DNA of 64,000 nucleotides, taken from assembly GCF_036365525.1 (NCBI RefSeq), contig NC_090399.1, positions 15,313,558 to 15,377,557 of the forward strand. Reading direction: 5' to 3'. The DNA is from Heterodontus francisci (taxonomy: Eukaryota). Shown here piece by piece: positions 25,626 to 38,472 of this stretch. The notes beneath the pieces were generated by a model. The model saw nothing but the letters and a program-made list of their open reading frames with translations, searched no databases and was not told the origin of the DNA. Within the stretch, counting starts at the first letter, position 1, and each line of letters starts with the position of its first letter. The position numbers and the translations under genes are program-made.

Positions 25626-25989
25626 AGTCTTTAACTAGTAGGCATGCAGAGAAATAAACAATATTAGTCCTTTTTTCTCTGGGTGGAGACGTAAACTTCA
25701 TGAATTATTTTGATCTTGACCGGCTCTATAAACTGTTGAGAAAGCTCAAAATCTTTATAGGTCTCTAGTCAGACACAGTCTTTGCTAATTCATTACAGCA
25801 TGACAATTGCAATTGTGAAGAAGATCCTCAGAAATGAGAGAGTCCCTACAAAAGACTAGATGCCAGCTTGTTCATCATCCTGGCTTATTGTCCCACTTCC
25901 TATCTCAAGACTGTCTTGGCTATCTACTTTAACAATGTGGCAACAAAAAGAATAAAGCAAAATAGCAATAATTAGTTTGTAAAGTTAAA

Positions 25990-26630
25990 GTATGGAAGGG
26001 CAGCTTGGCCGAGTGGAATGTGCCTCCTGTGGTATGTGAGAACTTGTAAACGCACCATGTGTCCTTGATAAACACATCTGCAGGAAGTGTCACCGCATCT
26101 GCAAGGCAGAGAACTACGTGGATAGTACGTTTAGGGAAGTGGCCTCACCACAAGTTAAAAATGTGCAGACAGAAAAGGAATGGGTGGCTGCTAGACAGTG
26201 TAAGAGAACCAGGCAGGTAGTGCAGGAGTCCCCTGAGTCCATCACGCTTGCTAACCAATATCCATTTTGAATACTGGTGAGGGCAATGGTTCCTCAGAGG
26301 AGTGCACCAGAGCCAAGTCTGTGGCACCACGGGTGGCTCAGCTGCACAGGAGAGAAGGAAGAAGAGTGGAAGGACAATAGTGATAGGGGATTCATTAGTT
26401 AGAGGAACAGACAGGCGTTTCTAAGGCCGCAGACGTGACACCAGCATGGTATGTTGCCTCCCCGGTGCCTGGGTCAAGGATGTCACAGAGCGGCTGCAGG
26501 ATATTCTTCTGGAGGAGGGTGAACAGCCAGAGGTCGTGGTCCACATTGGTACCAACGACATGGGTAAGAAGAGGGATTAGCTCCTGAAAGCAGACTTTAA
26601 GGAGTTAGGAAAGAAGTTAAAAAGCAGACA
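25990..26630 (+). mobile_element. CR1 ORF1 (SGNH esterase-like) fragment
   Basis: IVIGDSLVRG, CCLPGA.VKDV, VVVHIGTND. Confidence 0.88.
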
Positions 26631-26787
26631 GCATAACTGAAATGTTACCTGCCAGAAACTTGTCTATAAATGCACCCCAAGGAAAGATTTCGAGAATGGA
26701 GTTATTAATCACCCAAAAAAATCAGAATTTTTAAAGGACTTTTCCGAAACAGTCCATTAACTGTATTCCTGTTTTCCCCCCAAATAG

Positions 26788-26831
26788 AGTTGTCAAACAG
26801 AAACAAAGCGCAAAATCATGCCACACACCAG
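26788..26831 (+). CDS. NKp30/NCR3-like receptor, exon 6 (44 nt, ELSNRNKAQNHATHQ)
   Basis: Pyrimidine tract plus ATAG acceptor, donor CAG|GTAAAT, phase 1-0, open frame. Confidence 0.7.
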
Positions 26832-27544
26832 GTAAATGCACGTTTGTCTATGTAGTTGCATGAGTTGTGTTTGTAACGTGTAAAACTATTGCATAGGCAC
26901 GTTTTTGTGTCATTGTATTGATTACATGAAAATGCTTATCAAAAAATGCGTCATGCAATGCCTTTGGAATAACGATGATTTGAAATGCAGAAATATCTGA
27001 ACAACATGTGATAAAGCAAAATGCCGATACATGTTTTTAATTGAAGTAAAAGGAAGAACATGCGAGAAACACAAAGGAAATTGAACCCGAAAGCAATTTC
27101 AGGTGGTTCACCTCTCTAACTCTTCCAAATTTCCAGTCGTCATGTCTTTTCTTTGAATTTCTACATTTTTATCTATTCTGAGCTTTCATGATGGGTCTGT
27201 ACTTCAGACAAAGGGGGCAATGTTAACTTTGAATGGGTAATAGCGAATGTTATAACTCGTTATACACCTCGTCCGATTGTCTTTTCAATTCGAAACAACA
27301 CTCTGAATATTTCACTATTTTGAGACATGATTTTCATAATTTCAGCAAAAGCTTCTGTGTACGAAAATCGAAAAGGTCACTGTTGAATCATGCGTGTTTT
27401 TTTTAATGTATATAGACAGATAAGTTAAGTGGAACAATGTGACCTACAATCTCCAGCAGCCAAGGCTTCACAACTTATTTCATCATCTTACTTTTAACCA
27501 CAAGATGTAATTATATAGCTCCTTTCATGTAAACCTGCCAGTAC

Positions 27545-27945
27545 GGGTGGTGGTGCGAGGCCGTGGGGGAGTTGAAAATGAAGATGAGAAATTTAAAATT
27601 CGAGGCGTAGCTGTACCGGAATCCAAATTACGTCAGTGAACACAGGGATGATGGGTGGATGGAACTTGGTTCGAATTAGGATATGGGCAGCAGAGTTTTG
27701 GATGAGCCCAGGTTTCCAAAGGGTGCAAGGCGGGAGGCTGACCAGGAGAACATTGGAATAGTGGAGTCTTGAGTTAACAAATGCATGGATGAGGGTTTCA
27801 GCAGCAGAGAGGCTGAGGTGGGGGCGGATATTGGAAATGTGATTCAGGTGAAAGTAGGAGGTCTTGGTGATGCTGAAGAGATATGGCCAGAAGCTTAACT
27901 CAGGGGAAAATAGGTTACTAAGATGGTGAACAGCCTGGTTCAGCC
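27545..27945 (-). mobile_element. L2 LINE RT C-terminal fragment
   Basis: YFHLNHISNIRPHLS..AETLIHAFVNSRL.Y.N...IQNSAA. Confidence 0.85.
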
Positions 27946-28460
27946 ACATAGAATGTACAACACAGCAACAAACTGTTCAGCCCAACTAGTCTATGCCGGT
28001 GTTAATGATCCATCGGAGCCATACTGCTCATCTATCAGCATAACATTTAATTTCTTTCTCTGTCATTTACTTATCTAGATTTCCCTTAAATGTACCTGCG
28101 ATATTCGCTTCAAATCTGTATGTGGTAATTCTATGTTCTTCCACTCTCTCGGTATAGACGTTTCTCCTGAATTCCTATTTATTAACAACTATTTTGCATT
28201 TATAGTTCCTAATAGTAGACGCCCCACAAATGGAAACATCTTCCTACATCTCCCCTATCGAATTCTTTCATAATTTAAAGCTCTGTTAGGTTACCTCTCA
28301 GCCTTCTGTTTTTCAGCAAAAAAGAGCCCCAGCCTGATCGGTCTTTCCTGATAGTCAAAACCTTTCATTTCTGATATCATCCTCGTAATTCTTTGCAATA
28401 TTTTCTCCAGTGCTTCTATTTCATTTTTGCAATATGCAGACCAGACCCGTGCACCAAATG
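27945..28460 (-). mobile_element. old CR1 3' fragment
   Basis: Degenerate CR1 3' region, similar to the reverse complement of 21205-21725. Confidence 0.65.
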
Positions 28461-29898
28461 GGCGCTTTTAAACCACCATGAAGTGTACGTTAACCTGGTA
28501 ACATCCATAGGTGTATGTAGATTGAGTTTAACTGCCGTGCTGCTCTTGTTACGTGACTCCGCTGTGAAAGCTTTTGCTGTTAAACTGAAAATTTCTAATT
28601 GTTCACAATTGTAATGGACTATCGAGAGAACTTTCAGAAACCCCGCTATTTTATCGCGTCCTAAACATTCCCCAGGCAGTCTGAAATTAAAAACAAACTA
28701 AAAATAAAAATGTCGAAAATCACGACAGGTAGCAAAATTGAAAACTAAGTTTAAAAAGTTAATAGCATTGATACTGAAAAGTGTCAGCAAAAAGATTTAT
28801 TTCAGCCTTTCATCCCACAGTCTTTGCAACTGTTCTACAATGGAGACGAATAGACGTCCATTGCTAAGCGATTTTCATCCGTCTTAGATGGCAAATAGTG
28901 CGGTACCTTATTTCGATTAATTTCACTTTTTTGATGCAGTTCCCCAAAGTTCTCCTATGAAAACTCTTTAAGTTGGACTAAAATGGCAAGAAAAAGTTTG
29001 AGCAGCGCATGAATCAGTGATCCCACCAGAAGACTTCCCGTCCATTTTGTGGCCTTAGCTCGCAAATTGGGCACTAAATCCTGTCCCAAAATACGGAATA
29101 ACGCTTCTAGAGACAGCGGTGTGTTTCTTAATCTGACCCATTAATTGTATGGGGTTTGCTTCGCGACCATGGATGATACACGCATTAGCATGTTGAGCAG
29201 TGACTTCTTTTTGGTTGAATAGCAGCTGATCGACAGTGTGGGCTTAAGCTGGAATCGCTAGTTTTATGTTTGGCAATGCACAGAGGGTAAATCCCAGTGG
29301 AGAGAATTTTGCTTTTCAAAGTGCACAGGAAGTTGTTTGGAGATCTTTGGCACGTTCTTCCCAAGATAGCGAGGCCTTATCTAAATGTTTTCGAAATAAG
29401 GATTGTTCCTCGGAGCTTTCTACATAGAGAAACTCTGTGCACGGATATGGCTGAGACCTGTAAATACAGTGTAATTGTATCTCGGCAATGTAACCTAGCA
29501 TTACGTTAATATGAATCTTTTTTTTCTGCCTGATGTCGCTCCAGTGTGAAGCCTTTTTCCTCATTTTATTCATACTAACACCGTTCCTATGAACTTAAGC
29601 GTCTTCTTTAACTCCATATTTGTTCTACGCCTACTCTCGACGTCCTCGCTCTACAAACATCCATGGGCACCGTCCCCATGGCAACTCATGTGTCAAAAAA
29701 ACTGTTAAAATTCTACGCTTGCCTTACAAAAGACTAACTTTGCACAGCATAATTTCAGGCTGGTACACCTTAAGACTGCTTCTGAAAGGACGCAATAGTT
29801 ACGACAAAGCTCTTGCTGTATAAAATTAAATGGGTGAAAAAACGTTTTCTTTATATCGTGGTGCTAACCAATGTAATGTTTGTGTCCTTGCTTCAAAG

Positions 29899-29985
29899 CA
29901 TGAAGATGCTTACCTTCACTGTCACGTTAATGAACCCAAGGCCAAGAAAAAACGTCCACTACCGGCAAGAAGGAACATGCAGTAG
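29899..29985 (+). CDS. NKp30/NCR3-like receptor, terminal exon 7 (HEDAYLHCHVNEPKAKKKRPLPARRNMQ*)
   Basis: Branch-like GCTAAC and a pyrimidine tract before an AAG acceptor; phase 0 matches exon 6. Followed by AT-rich sequence with AATAAA at 30302 and 31742. Confidence 0.65.
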   Translation, partial: HEDAYLHCHVNEPKAKKKRPLPARRNMQ

Positions 29986-30774
29986 ACCTCATTCAGTACC
30001 GCATTATTATTATCTTATATCCATTTCACCACCCGGTTTTATCAGAACAAATGTAAGATAAAAATAATCTGATTTCAATTTTTCGTATTTGTGTGGTAAC
30101 CAGTTTTTGAAAATTGATGTACATGTTGTATGAAGCTTTAATTATGTGGCACTGCTTGTTTTTCAGTTAAAACCCACTCCTCTCTTTGAATTTGCTGTTA
30201 CCAATTGATGGCCTATTGTCAGGAATAATTAAATATAATTCCTATGCAATGAAACGGTGCATTCCACTGAAATGTTTTCCAATAACCAAATATCAGAAGA
30301 AAATAAACTTGTACAGATTTTCTTTTGGTTCTAGCTTTTGTCACTTCTATTTTATCGATACCACGGCTTTCATTGTTTCTATGAGTTTCTCTTGTTACTG
30401 TCATACTACAAGGTCTACGCTTTCTTCCTCCTCCCTGTACCGTCATCATTTTCAAACATAGGCCAATGATCTAATGTGCAGTTTGAAATTATTCTTCCCC
30501 ATGGCCTTAGAACTGCGAGGCTTCCCGTTTCTGTCCGTCCACCCAACTTCCCACAGGCCTATAAAACGGAAGCTTGCCACCAATTAAACACTTCACTTGA
30601 TTCTGTTCAATCTTTGTCTTTTGTGCTGTGGGTTTCAGCCCTACACCTAGGCTTCCCAATAATAGAAGTAACCCTTGCTCTGCGTGTATTATGCTGTACA
30701 ATTGCTTGTTGGAGGTGGCATAGGAGACAATATTCACAGGTCGGTGTCCAAGGGCTTGCACTCCTGATATACGA

Positions 30775-30955
30775 ACGTACGAATTAGGAGCAGGAGTAGG
30801 CCACTTGACCCCTCGAGCCTGCTCCGCCATTCAATAGGTTCAAGGCTGAACTGATTACTCCACATTTCCACCTACCCCCACCCACCCCCCCCCCCCCCCC
30901 GATAACCTTCCACTCCCTTGCTTATCAAGAATCTATCTACCTCTGCCTTAAAAAT
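30775..30955 (-). mobile_element. CR1 3' tail fragment
   Basis: GAATTAGGAGCAGGAGTAGGCCA...CCCCTCGAGCCTGCTCCGCCATTCAAT read on the + strand. Confidence 0.75.
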
Positions 30956-32035
30956 ACATCTGTTGACTGGTGATAGTCTTCCATAGCCTAACCTTTTTCA
31001 TCGTTAATCTGGAAGGTGTTAGCCTTGATAATGACACCCTTAATTGGGAAACGAGTTCCATACAATGTGCATGCCTGTACGTTGCCTCTAACTAGCAAAT
31101 GAAAGTATGCAGCAGAGGACAATTGAAAGGAATATATGTGTACAAATATCTCACTGTATATCAAATAGGATTTTTAGTCCTTCAGAAGAACATACACAAC
31201 CTATAAGTAAAGAAGAAAATAAAATTATTAGAATATGTAATATAATGCATGGTATGAATGCATATATGCATACATGTACTGAAAACAACTCGTCAGATTG
31301 TGCTCCTTTCACTGTTATTTTTAAATTATGTCACATGATAAGTAGTATCAGTTTAACAGAGTTTTGTTTTTCCATATAAATGTAGTTTTTTCTGGAGATC
31401 AAAATGTTGTAGATATATAATTAATGATCTGTACTTATAGGTAAACCTCCTATTGTGCAGCAAGAGTTTGTTCAAATATAGATAGGCGGACTGAAATGCA
31501 TGATTTGTTGATTGAAACAGTTATGCAGTCTCGCATTGTGAAATGTAACTTTCTAGCTCTTTTCAGTAAAACCGCATTTCGGGCCAACTATTTGTTGTTT
31601 TTTCCATCTCTGTTCATTTTAATTGTTGCTATGCAGTTAAATAATTCGAGCATATGTGTCAATAATAGTCTATGTGCCTACAGAGCCTCTCATCTACTGA
31701 ACAATGTCTCAGAGAATGTCGCAAGGCGGAGTTGAAAATACAATAAACACTGAGTATTAGGGGGCAGCGATGGAGGGAAGGACAAAAGGGAACATAGGTA
31801 CTACGTGGTAAGAAGTAGGTTTATTTACTGATGACAGGAAATACCACCGATACAAAAGAGTGCAGGTACATGTAATTATTCTGCACGTTCATTAGTGGAG
31901 ACAAAACTGTCAGGTCATTCCAAAAACAATTGAAATATTGCTGTCGGCAGGGGAGAAGTCGGTTTATATAGAAGAGTGACATGGTTTGACCGCATGACTC
32001 CGCTCATCGAAAAATTCTTTGGAACTGAAGTGTTT

Positions 32036-32370
32036 TAGTTTAGTTTAGAGATACAGCACTGAAACAGGCCCTTCGGCCCACCGAGTCTGTGCCGACCATC
32101 AACCACCCATATATACTAATCCTACACTCCTACCACATCCCCACCTGTCCCTATTTTTCCCTACCACCTACCAACACTTGGGGCAATTTTATAATAGCCA
32201 ATTTTCCTACCAACCTGCAAGTCTTTTGGCTTGTGGGAGAAAACAGGAGCACCCGGAGAAAACCCACGCAGACACAGGGAGAACTTGCAAACTCCACACA
32301 GGCAGTACCCAGAATTGAACCCGGGTTGCTGGAGCCGTGAGGCTGCAGTGCTAACCACTGCACCACTGTG
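32036..32370 (-). mobile_element. tRNA-derived SINE (HE1-like), second copy
   Basis: Closely matches 2104-2464. Box A TGGTGCAGTGG, box B GGTTCAATTC, (CTAAA)n tail. Confidence 0.92.
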
Positions 32371-34149
32371 CTTGGCTGCTTTTAAGAGGAAGAATGCAAC
32401 AAGGTGTTAGGAATCATGGAGTGAGTCCCTGAGGAGCGGGACATGGTAGCAGAATAAATAGCCATCAGTGGCAAAGCCATATCATTCCAGCATTGTGGTG
32501 AACATTTAGATGCTAAGACGGAGCCTTACCCATTGTTCCCTTTGTGTTTTGTTGCATTCCCTAAGTGAAATATTTGCCGAATGTGTGAGATGCGTTTAGG
32601 AGAGATTTGGCTTACAACCTTCTCCAAAACTTGAGCCCAGGCAAATGTAAATGTGTGCCTAGTATCAACATGAACAGATTCGTTTGTAAATTACATGCAA
32701 GCAAGCAATGCCTTATACTTTTTTTTTACTAACTTCTTATATATCAATGTAATCATTTGCATAAATGGAGAGGAACAACTCATTCATTTATTTTTTGGTT
32801 GCTGAATGACATAAATCATCAAACTAATGTCTAAGTAGCGCCATCGCAGTATATTTAAGCAAAAAGTATTTCTGCAAGCAGAAGTTAACTACATGCAGAT
32901 AAAATACTGTCTCACACACCCTATAAATATCGAAGCAGAAAGCAAATACAGCAAATGCACTTTGAATAAAAAAGTTTATATGTGTGGCCAATGATGATGT
33001 TACTATTACTAGGAAATACAATGAAGGGAGAGTAGCTATAATTTTTCATAAAGATATTGTTCCTGACATCAGACAATAAATCTTTTTTTAACAGTTAGTA
33101 CTTATTATTCCAATTATTATTCCACCAATCTCTGGCCACCTTTTTTCCTTCCTGCCAGGTGAAATTCTCTGAGACAATGTTCTCTAGGTGAGCAGCTCTG
33201 GAGAGAAAAAGACTATTAAAGACTTGAAGCCAGTTAATTCATATTTTAGCAAATGATGGTTAAAATGTAATGAGTCTGCAACACAAATGAACTGCTGAGT
33301 AATGTGAAATGTAGTGAAGCAGAAAGCATTCAAATTATAGATATCGGGGAAATATTAACTCAACCTACCCCACTTGAAATTGATGCGATACTGTGCAACG
33401 TTGGTTTTATAGGCAGCTCAACATTACTCTCCATCGCTGTCTCTGTATCAAAGTGAAATATTGTATTCTGTAATGCTCCCGTGCAGCGCCTTGGACATTT
33501 TATAACGTTAAAGGCGCTGTATTTTGTAAAATGGTATTATTGAAATATGCTGTAATGTGCATTTTAATAGAATATTAAAACCACACTAGAATTCATCTTC
33601 TAATAAAGTTAATGTTATCACCTTAGAGTCACTTTAAGCTTGAAAAATACATGATCAAAAGATAAATAATTTGCTTTACATTTTTTCTGTCTCATAAAAA
33701 TATCTTGTTTTGCAACACGTTGGCTCAATATTTGTAAATGATATTTTATTCAATCTGTCTTGCAGATTGCTGCTCTCCTCAATCAGCAATGGAAAGCATT
33801 ACTTCACTATCAGGCTTATAAAATTGTCTTGTGGTTTCAGTTTGTTACCAGTAAATGACACCCACGCAATTCATCTATCTGCTCCTCCAACGCTCAAAGC
33901 TGGAGTGGTATTTCATTTAGTCATCTTGCGAAATATATGGTTCTAATACACGTGAACAAGTAACCTTAATCTACACTCAAAGGTGGACATAATCACAATG
34001 GTTAAAGCTTTTAGTGGTATAGTCACATTCCGGCGTCTGCAATAAAAATGCAACATGTACAAACGTTAGATGGTTTTGTAAACTTTAAAACCAAAACCAC
34101 CTTATACCTTTCAATTTAAATTACCCCACTGGTCTATAGAAGATACTTT

Positions 34150-34580
34150 GCCGGTGGAAGAAATGCTCTGGTCCGGTTGTGCATTGGACGCTCTCGGATT
34201 GTTCCCATTAGAGCAGAGAAGGTTAAGGGGGCGTTTACTAGTGGTCTTCAACATGGTTTTGATAGACTGCATAAGGAGAAATTGTTTCCACTGGTCGGGC
34301 AGTCGGTAACTAGCGGGAATAGATGGAATATAATTAACAAAAAAAGAAACAGAAACAAGATCAGATTTGTTTTTCATAGGGAGTTGTTCTGATCTGGAAT
34401 GCGCTGCCTTATAGGATGTTGGAAAAAGTTTCGGTGGAAACTTTCAAAAGGGAATTGAATATATATTTGAACAGAACAAATTTTCAGGGCAATGGAAAAA
34501 GAGTGCTGATGTGGGCTTAATTTACTAGCTCTTTCCAAGACACTAATGGGTACAATGTTCTTCTTCGTCGTAACATTCGG
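34150..34580 (+). mobile_element. old CR1 3' fragment
   Basis: LGLFPLEQRRLRG, IWNALP. Confidence 0.7.
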
Positions 34581-34858
34581 GGCCTATGTAGCAGCATTGG
34601 CAATTAATAGAAAGTGTTTATGATGTAAGTGAATATAACCAAAAGAACTATTTTCCCCTCCAGTTCAGAATAGTTTTCTTCCGTCCATGTTCTGTACCCA
34701 AAATTAACCTGCAAAGTAGCTCTTCAGTAACAGTGGACAAGGTTTCAGGGAAGGTTAGGGTTCTGACAATAGCCTTTGCTCCCCATCCTTGCAGCTTCAT
34801 GGTGACTACACCTTTTGACAAAAGAACCTACCTTTGGAACTGGATGGAACAGTCGTTC

Positions 34859-34979
34859 AAGAGTAAGACTATTATGTGGCTTTGGTCATGTGTGGAATAT
34901 CCCATTAAGTCAAAGGCCATGAGCCGTGGAAAATATTAGTTCTGAGGCAGAAGCCACAGCAATTTACAAGGCCACAAAT
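34859..34979 (-). repeat. short structured interspersed repeat, copy 1 (internally deleted)
   Basis: Same two ends as 43797-43955 (AAGAGTAAGACTATT...GGCCACAAAT). Confidence 0.8.
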
Positions 34980-35019
34980 GTAAATACGCATCATAATGAG
35001 AACAGTGATTAATAACTTT

Positions 35020-38000
35020 TTTTAAAATTCTTTCATGGGATGTGGGCTTCGCTGGCCAGGCCAGCATTTATTGCCCATCCCTAATTGCCCTTGAGAAGGT
35101 GGTGGTGAGCTGCCTTCTTAAACCGTTGCAGTCCATGTGGGGTAGGTACACCCACAGTGCTGTTAGGGAGTTCCAGGATTTTGACCCAGCGACAGTGAAG
35201 GAACGCCGATATAGTTCCAAGTCAGGATGATGTGTGACTTGGAGGGGAACTTGTAGGTGGTGGTGTTCCCATGTATGTGCTGCCCTTGTCCTTCCAGTTG
35301 GTAGAAGTCGCGGGTTTGGAAGGTGCTGTCTGAGGAGCCTTGGTGCATTGCTGCAGTGCATCTTGTAGATGGTACACACTGCTGCCACTGTGCGTCGGTG
35401 GTGGAGGGAGTGAATGTTTGAAGATGGGGTGCCACTCAAGTGGGCTGCTTTGTCCTGGATGGTGTCGAGCTTCTTGAGTGTTGTTGGAGCTGCACCCATC
35501 CAGGCAAGTGGAGAGTATTTCCTCACACTCCTGACCTGTGCCTTGGAGATGGTGGACATGCTTTGGGGAGTCAGGAGGTGCGTTACTCGTCTCAGGATTC
35601 CTAGTCTCTGACCTGCTGTTGTAGCCACGGTATTTATATGGCTACTCCAGTTCAGTTTCTGGTCAATTGTAGCCCCTAGGATGTTGATAGTGGGGGATTC
35701 AGCGATGGTAATGCCGTTGAATGTCATGGGGAGAGGGTTAGATTCTCTCTTGTTGGAGATGGTCATTGCCTGGCACTTCTGTGGCGCGAATGCTACTTGC
35801 CACTTATCAGCCCAAGCCTGGATATTGTCCAGGTCTTGCTGCATTTCTACACAGACTGCTTCAGTATCTGAGGTATCACGAATGGTGCTGAACATTGTGC
35901 AATCATCAGCTAACATCCCCACTTCTGACATTATGATTGAAGGAAGGTCATTGATGAAGCAACTGAAGTTGGTTGGGCCCAGGACACCACCCTGAGGAAC
36001 TCCTGCAGTGATGTCCTGGAGTTCAGATGATTGACCTCCAACAACCACAACCATCTTCCTTTATGCTAGGTATGACTCCAAACAGCGGAGGGTTTCCCCC
36101 TGATTCCCATTGACCTCACTTTTGCTTGGGCTCCTTGATGCCATACTCGGTCGAATGCTGCCTTGATGTCAAGCGCAGTCACTCTCACCTCACCTCTTGA
36201 GTTCAGCTCTTTTGTCCATGTTTGAACCAAGGCTGTAATGAGGTCAGGAGCTGAGTGGCCCTGGCGGAACCCAAACTGAGTGTCACTGAGCAGGTTGTTG
36301 CGAAGCAAGTGCCGCTTGATGGCACTGTTGATGACACTTTCCATCACTTTACTGATGATTGAGAGGAGGCTAATGGGGAGGTAGTTGGCCGGGTTGGATT
36401 TTTCCTGCTTTTTGTGTACAGGCCATACCTGGGCAATTTTCCACATTGCAGGGTAGATGCCAGTGTTGTAGCTGTACTGGAACAGCTTGGCTAGGGGCGC
36501 GGCAAGTTATGGAGCACAGGTTTTCAGTACTATTGCCGGAATATTGTCAGGGCCCATAGCTTTTGCAGTATCCAGTGCCTTCAGTCGTTTCTTAATATCA
36601 TGTGGAGTGAATCGAATTGGCTGAAGTCTGGCATCTGTGATGCTGAGGACTTCAGGAGGAGGCCGAGATGGATCATCAACTCAGCACTTCTGGCTGAAGA
36701 TTGTTGCAAATGCTTCAGCCTTATCTTTCGCACTGATGTGCTGGGCTCCCCCATCATTGAGGATGGGGATATTTGTGGAGCCACCTCCTCCAGTTAGTTG
36801 TTTAATTGTCCACCACCATTCACGGCTGGATGTGGCAGGACTGCAGAGCTTGGATCTGATCCGTTGGTTATTGGATCGCTTAGCTCTGTCTATCGCATGC
36901 AGCTTACACAGTTTGGCATGCAAGTAGTCCTGGGTTTTAGCTTCACCAGGTTGAAACCTCATTTTGAGGTATGCCTGGTGCTGCTCCTGGCATGCCCTCC
37001 TGCACTCTTCATTGAACCAGGGCTGGTCTCCTGACTTGATGGTCATGGTAGAGTGGGGGATATGCCGAGCCATGAGGTTACAGATTGTGGTTGAGTACAA
37101 TTCTGCTGCTGCTGATGGCCCACAGCGCCTCATGGATGCCCAGTTTTGCATTGCTAGATCTGTTCGAAATCTATCCCATTCAGCACGGTGATAGTGCCAC
37201 ACAACACGATGGATGGTATTCTCAATGTGAAGGCGGGACTTCGTCTCCACAAGGACTGTGCGGTGGTCACTCCTACCAATACTGTCATGGACAGATGCAT
37301 CTGCAGCAGGCAGATTGGTGAGGACGAGGTCGAGTATGTTCTTCCCTCGTGTTGGTTCTTCCCCCACCACCTGCCACAGGCCCAGTCTAGCAGCCATGTC
37401 CTTTAGGACTCGGCCAGCTCGGTCAGTAGTGGTGCTACTGAGCCACTCTTGGTGATGGACATTGAAGTCCCCCACCCAGAGTACATTTTGCGCCCCTGCC
37501 ACCCTCAGCACTTCCTCCAAGTGGTTTTCAACATGGATGAGTACTGAGTCATCAGCTGAGGGAGGGCAGTAGGTGGTAATCAGTAGGAGGTTACCTTGCC
37601 CATGTTTGACCTGATGCCATGAGACTTCATGGGGTCCGGAGTCGATGTTGAGGACTCCCATGGCAACTCCCTCCCTACTGTATACCACTGTGCCACCACC
37701 TCTGCTGGGTCTGTCCTGCCGGTGGGACAGGACGCACCCGGGGATGGTGATGGTTGTGTCTGGGACATTGTCTGTAAGGTATGATTCCATGAGTATGACT
37801 ATGTCAGGCTGTTGCTTCACTAGTCTGTGGGACAGCTCTCCCAACTTTGGCACAAGCCCCCAGATGTTAATAAGGAGGACTTTGCAGGGTCGACAGGGCT
37901 GGGTTTGCCGTTGTCGTTTCCGGTGCCTAGGTCGATGCCGGGTGGTCCATCCAGGTTCATTCCTTTTTTTAGACTTGGTAGCGGTTAGATACAACTGCGT

Positions 38001-38306
38001 GGCTTGCTAGGCCATTTCAGAGGGCATGTAAGAGTTAAGCACATTGCTGTGGGTCTGGAGTCACATGTAGGCCAGACCAGGTAAGGACAGCAGATTTCCT
38101 TCCCTGAAGGACATTAGTGGACCAGATGGGTTTTTACAACATTCGACAATGGTTTCATGGCCATCATTAGACTAGTTTTAATTCCAGATTTATTAATTCA
38201 AATTCCACATTCTGCTGTGGAGGGATTCAAACCCATGTCCCCAGAGGAATACCCTGGGTCTCTGGGTTATTAGTCCAGTGATAATACCACTACGCCACCG
38301 ACTACC
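35020..38306 (-). mobile_element. near full-length LINE family B: tRNA-like head + 5' UTR + single APE-RT ORF (disrupted)
   Basis: ORF pieces 37994-36681 (APE: NIWGL, ILMESYL, GDFN, LDLVLTN, SDH), 36446-36066 (PISLL, QFGFR, LDIKAAFD) and 36054-35068 (GVPQG, LADD). Box A at 38297-38286 and box B at 38233-38223. Confidence 0.9.
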
Positions 38307-38472
38307 CTCCCTTAGTGCAAATTAAAAAGTGCAGAGAACAATCTAAAATAATGTGCATGTATTCTAGTACACTTCAGATCATCTATTTCAGAACATCTAT
38401 TTCAGAACGATACTCAGCCTTTTCAGAACCTCCAAATTTCCAACTCGAAGGACATTTATGCCTTTAGATATA

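Noticed and set aside
33140-33960. Exon-like AG...GT segments (33159-33187, 33766 onward) and minus-strand GVIYW*Q
   Set aside because: No coherent reading frame or gene model could be built.
38220-38306. tRNA gene (also 2400-2464 and 32300-32370)
   Set aside because: Only boxes A and B are kept, no full cloverleaf is evident, and they are heads of retroposons.
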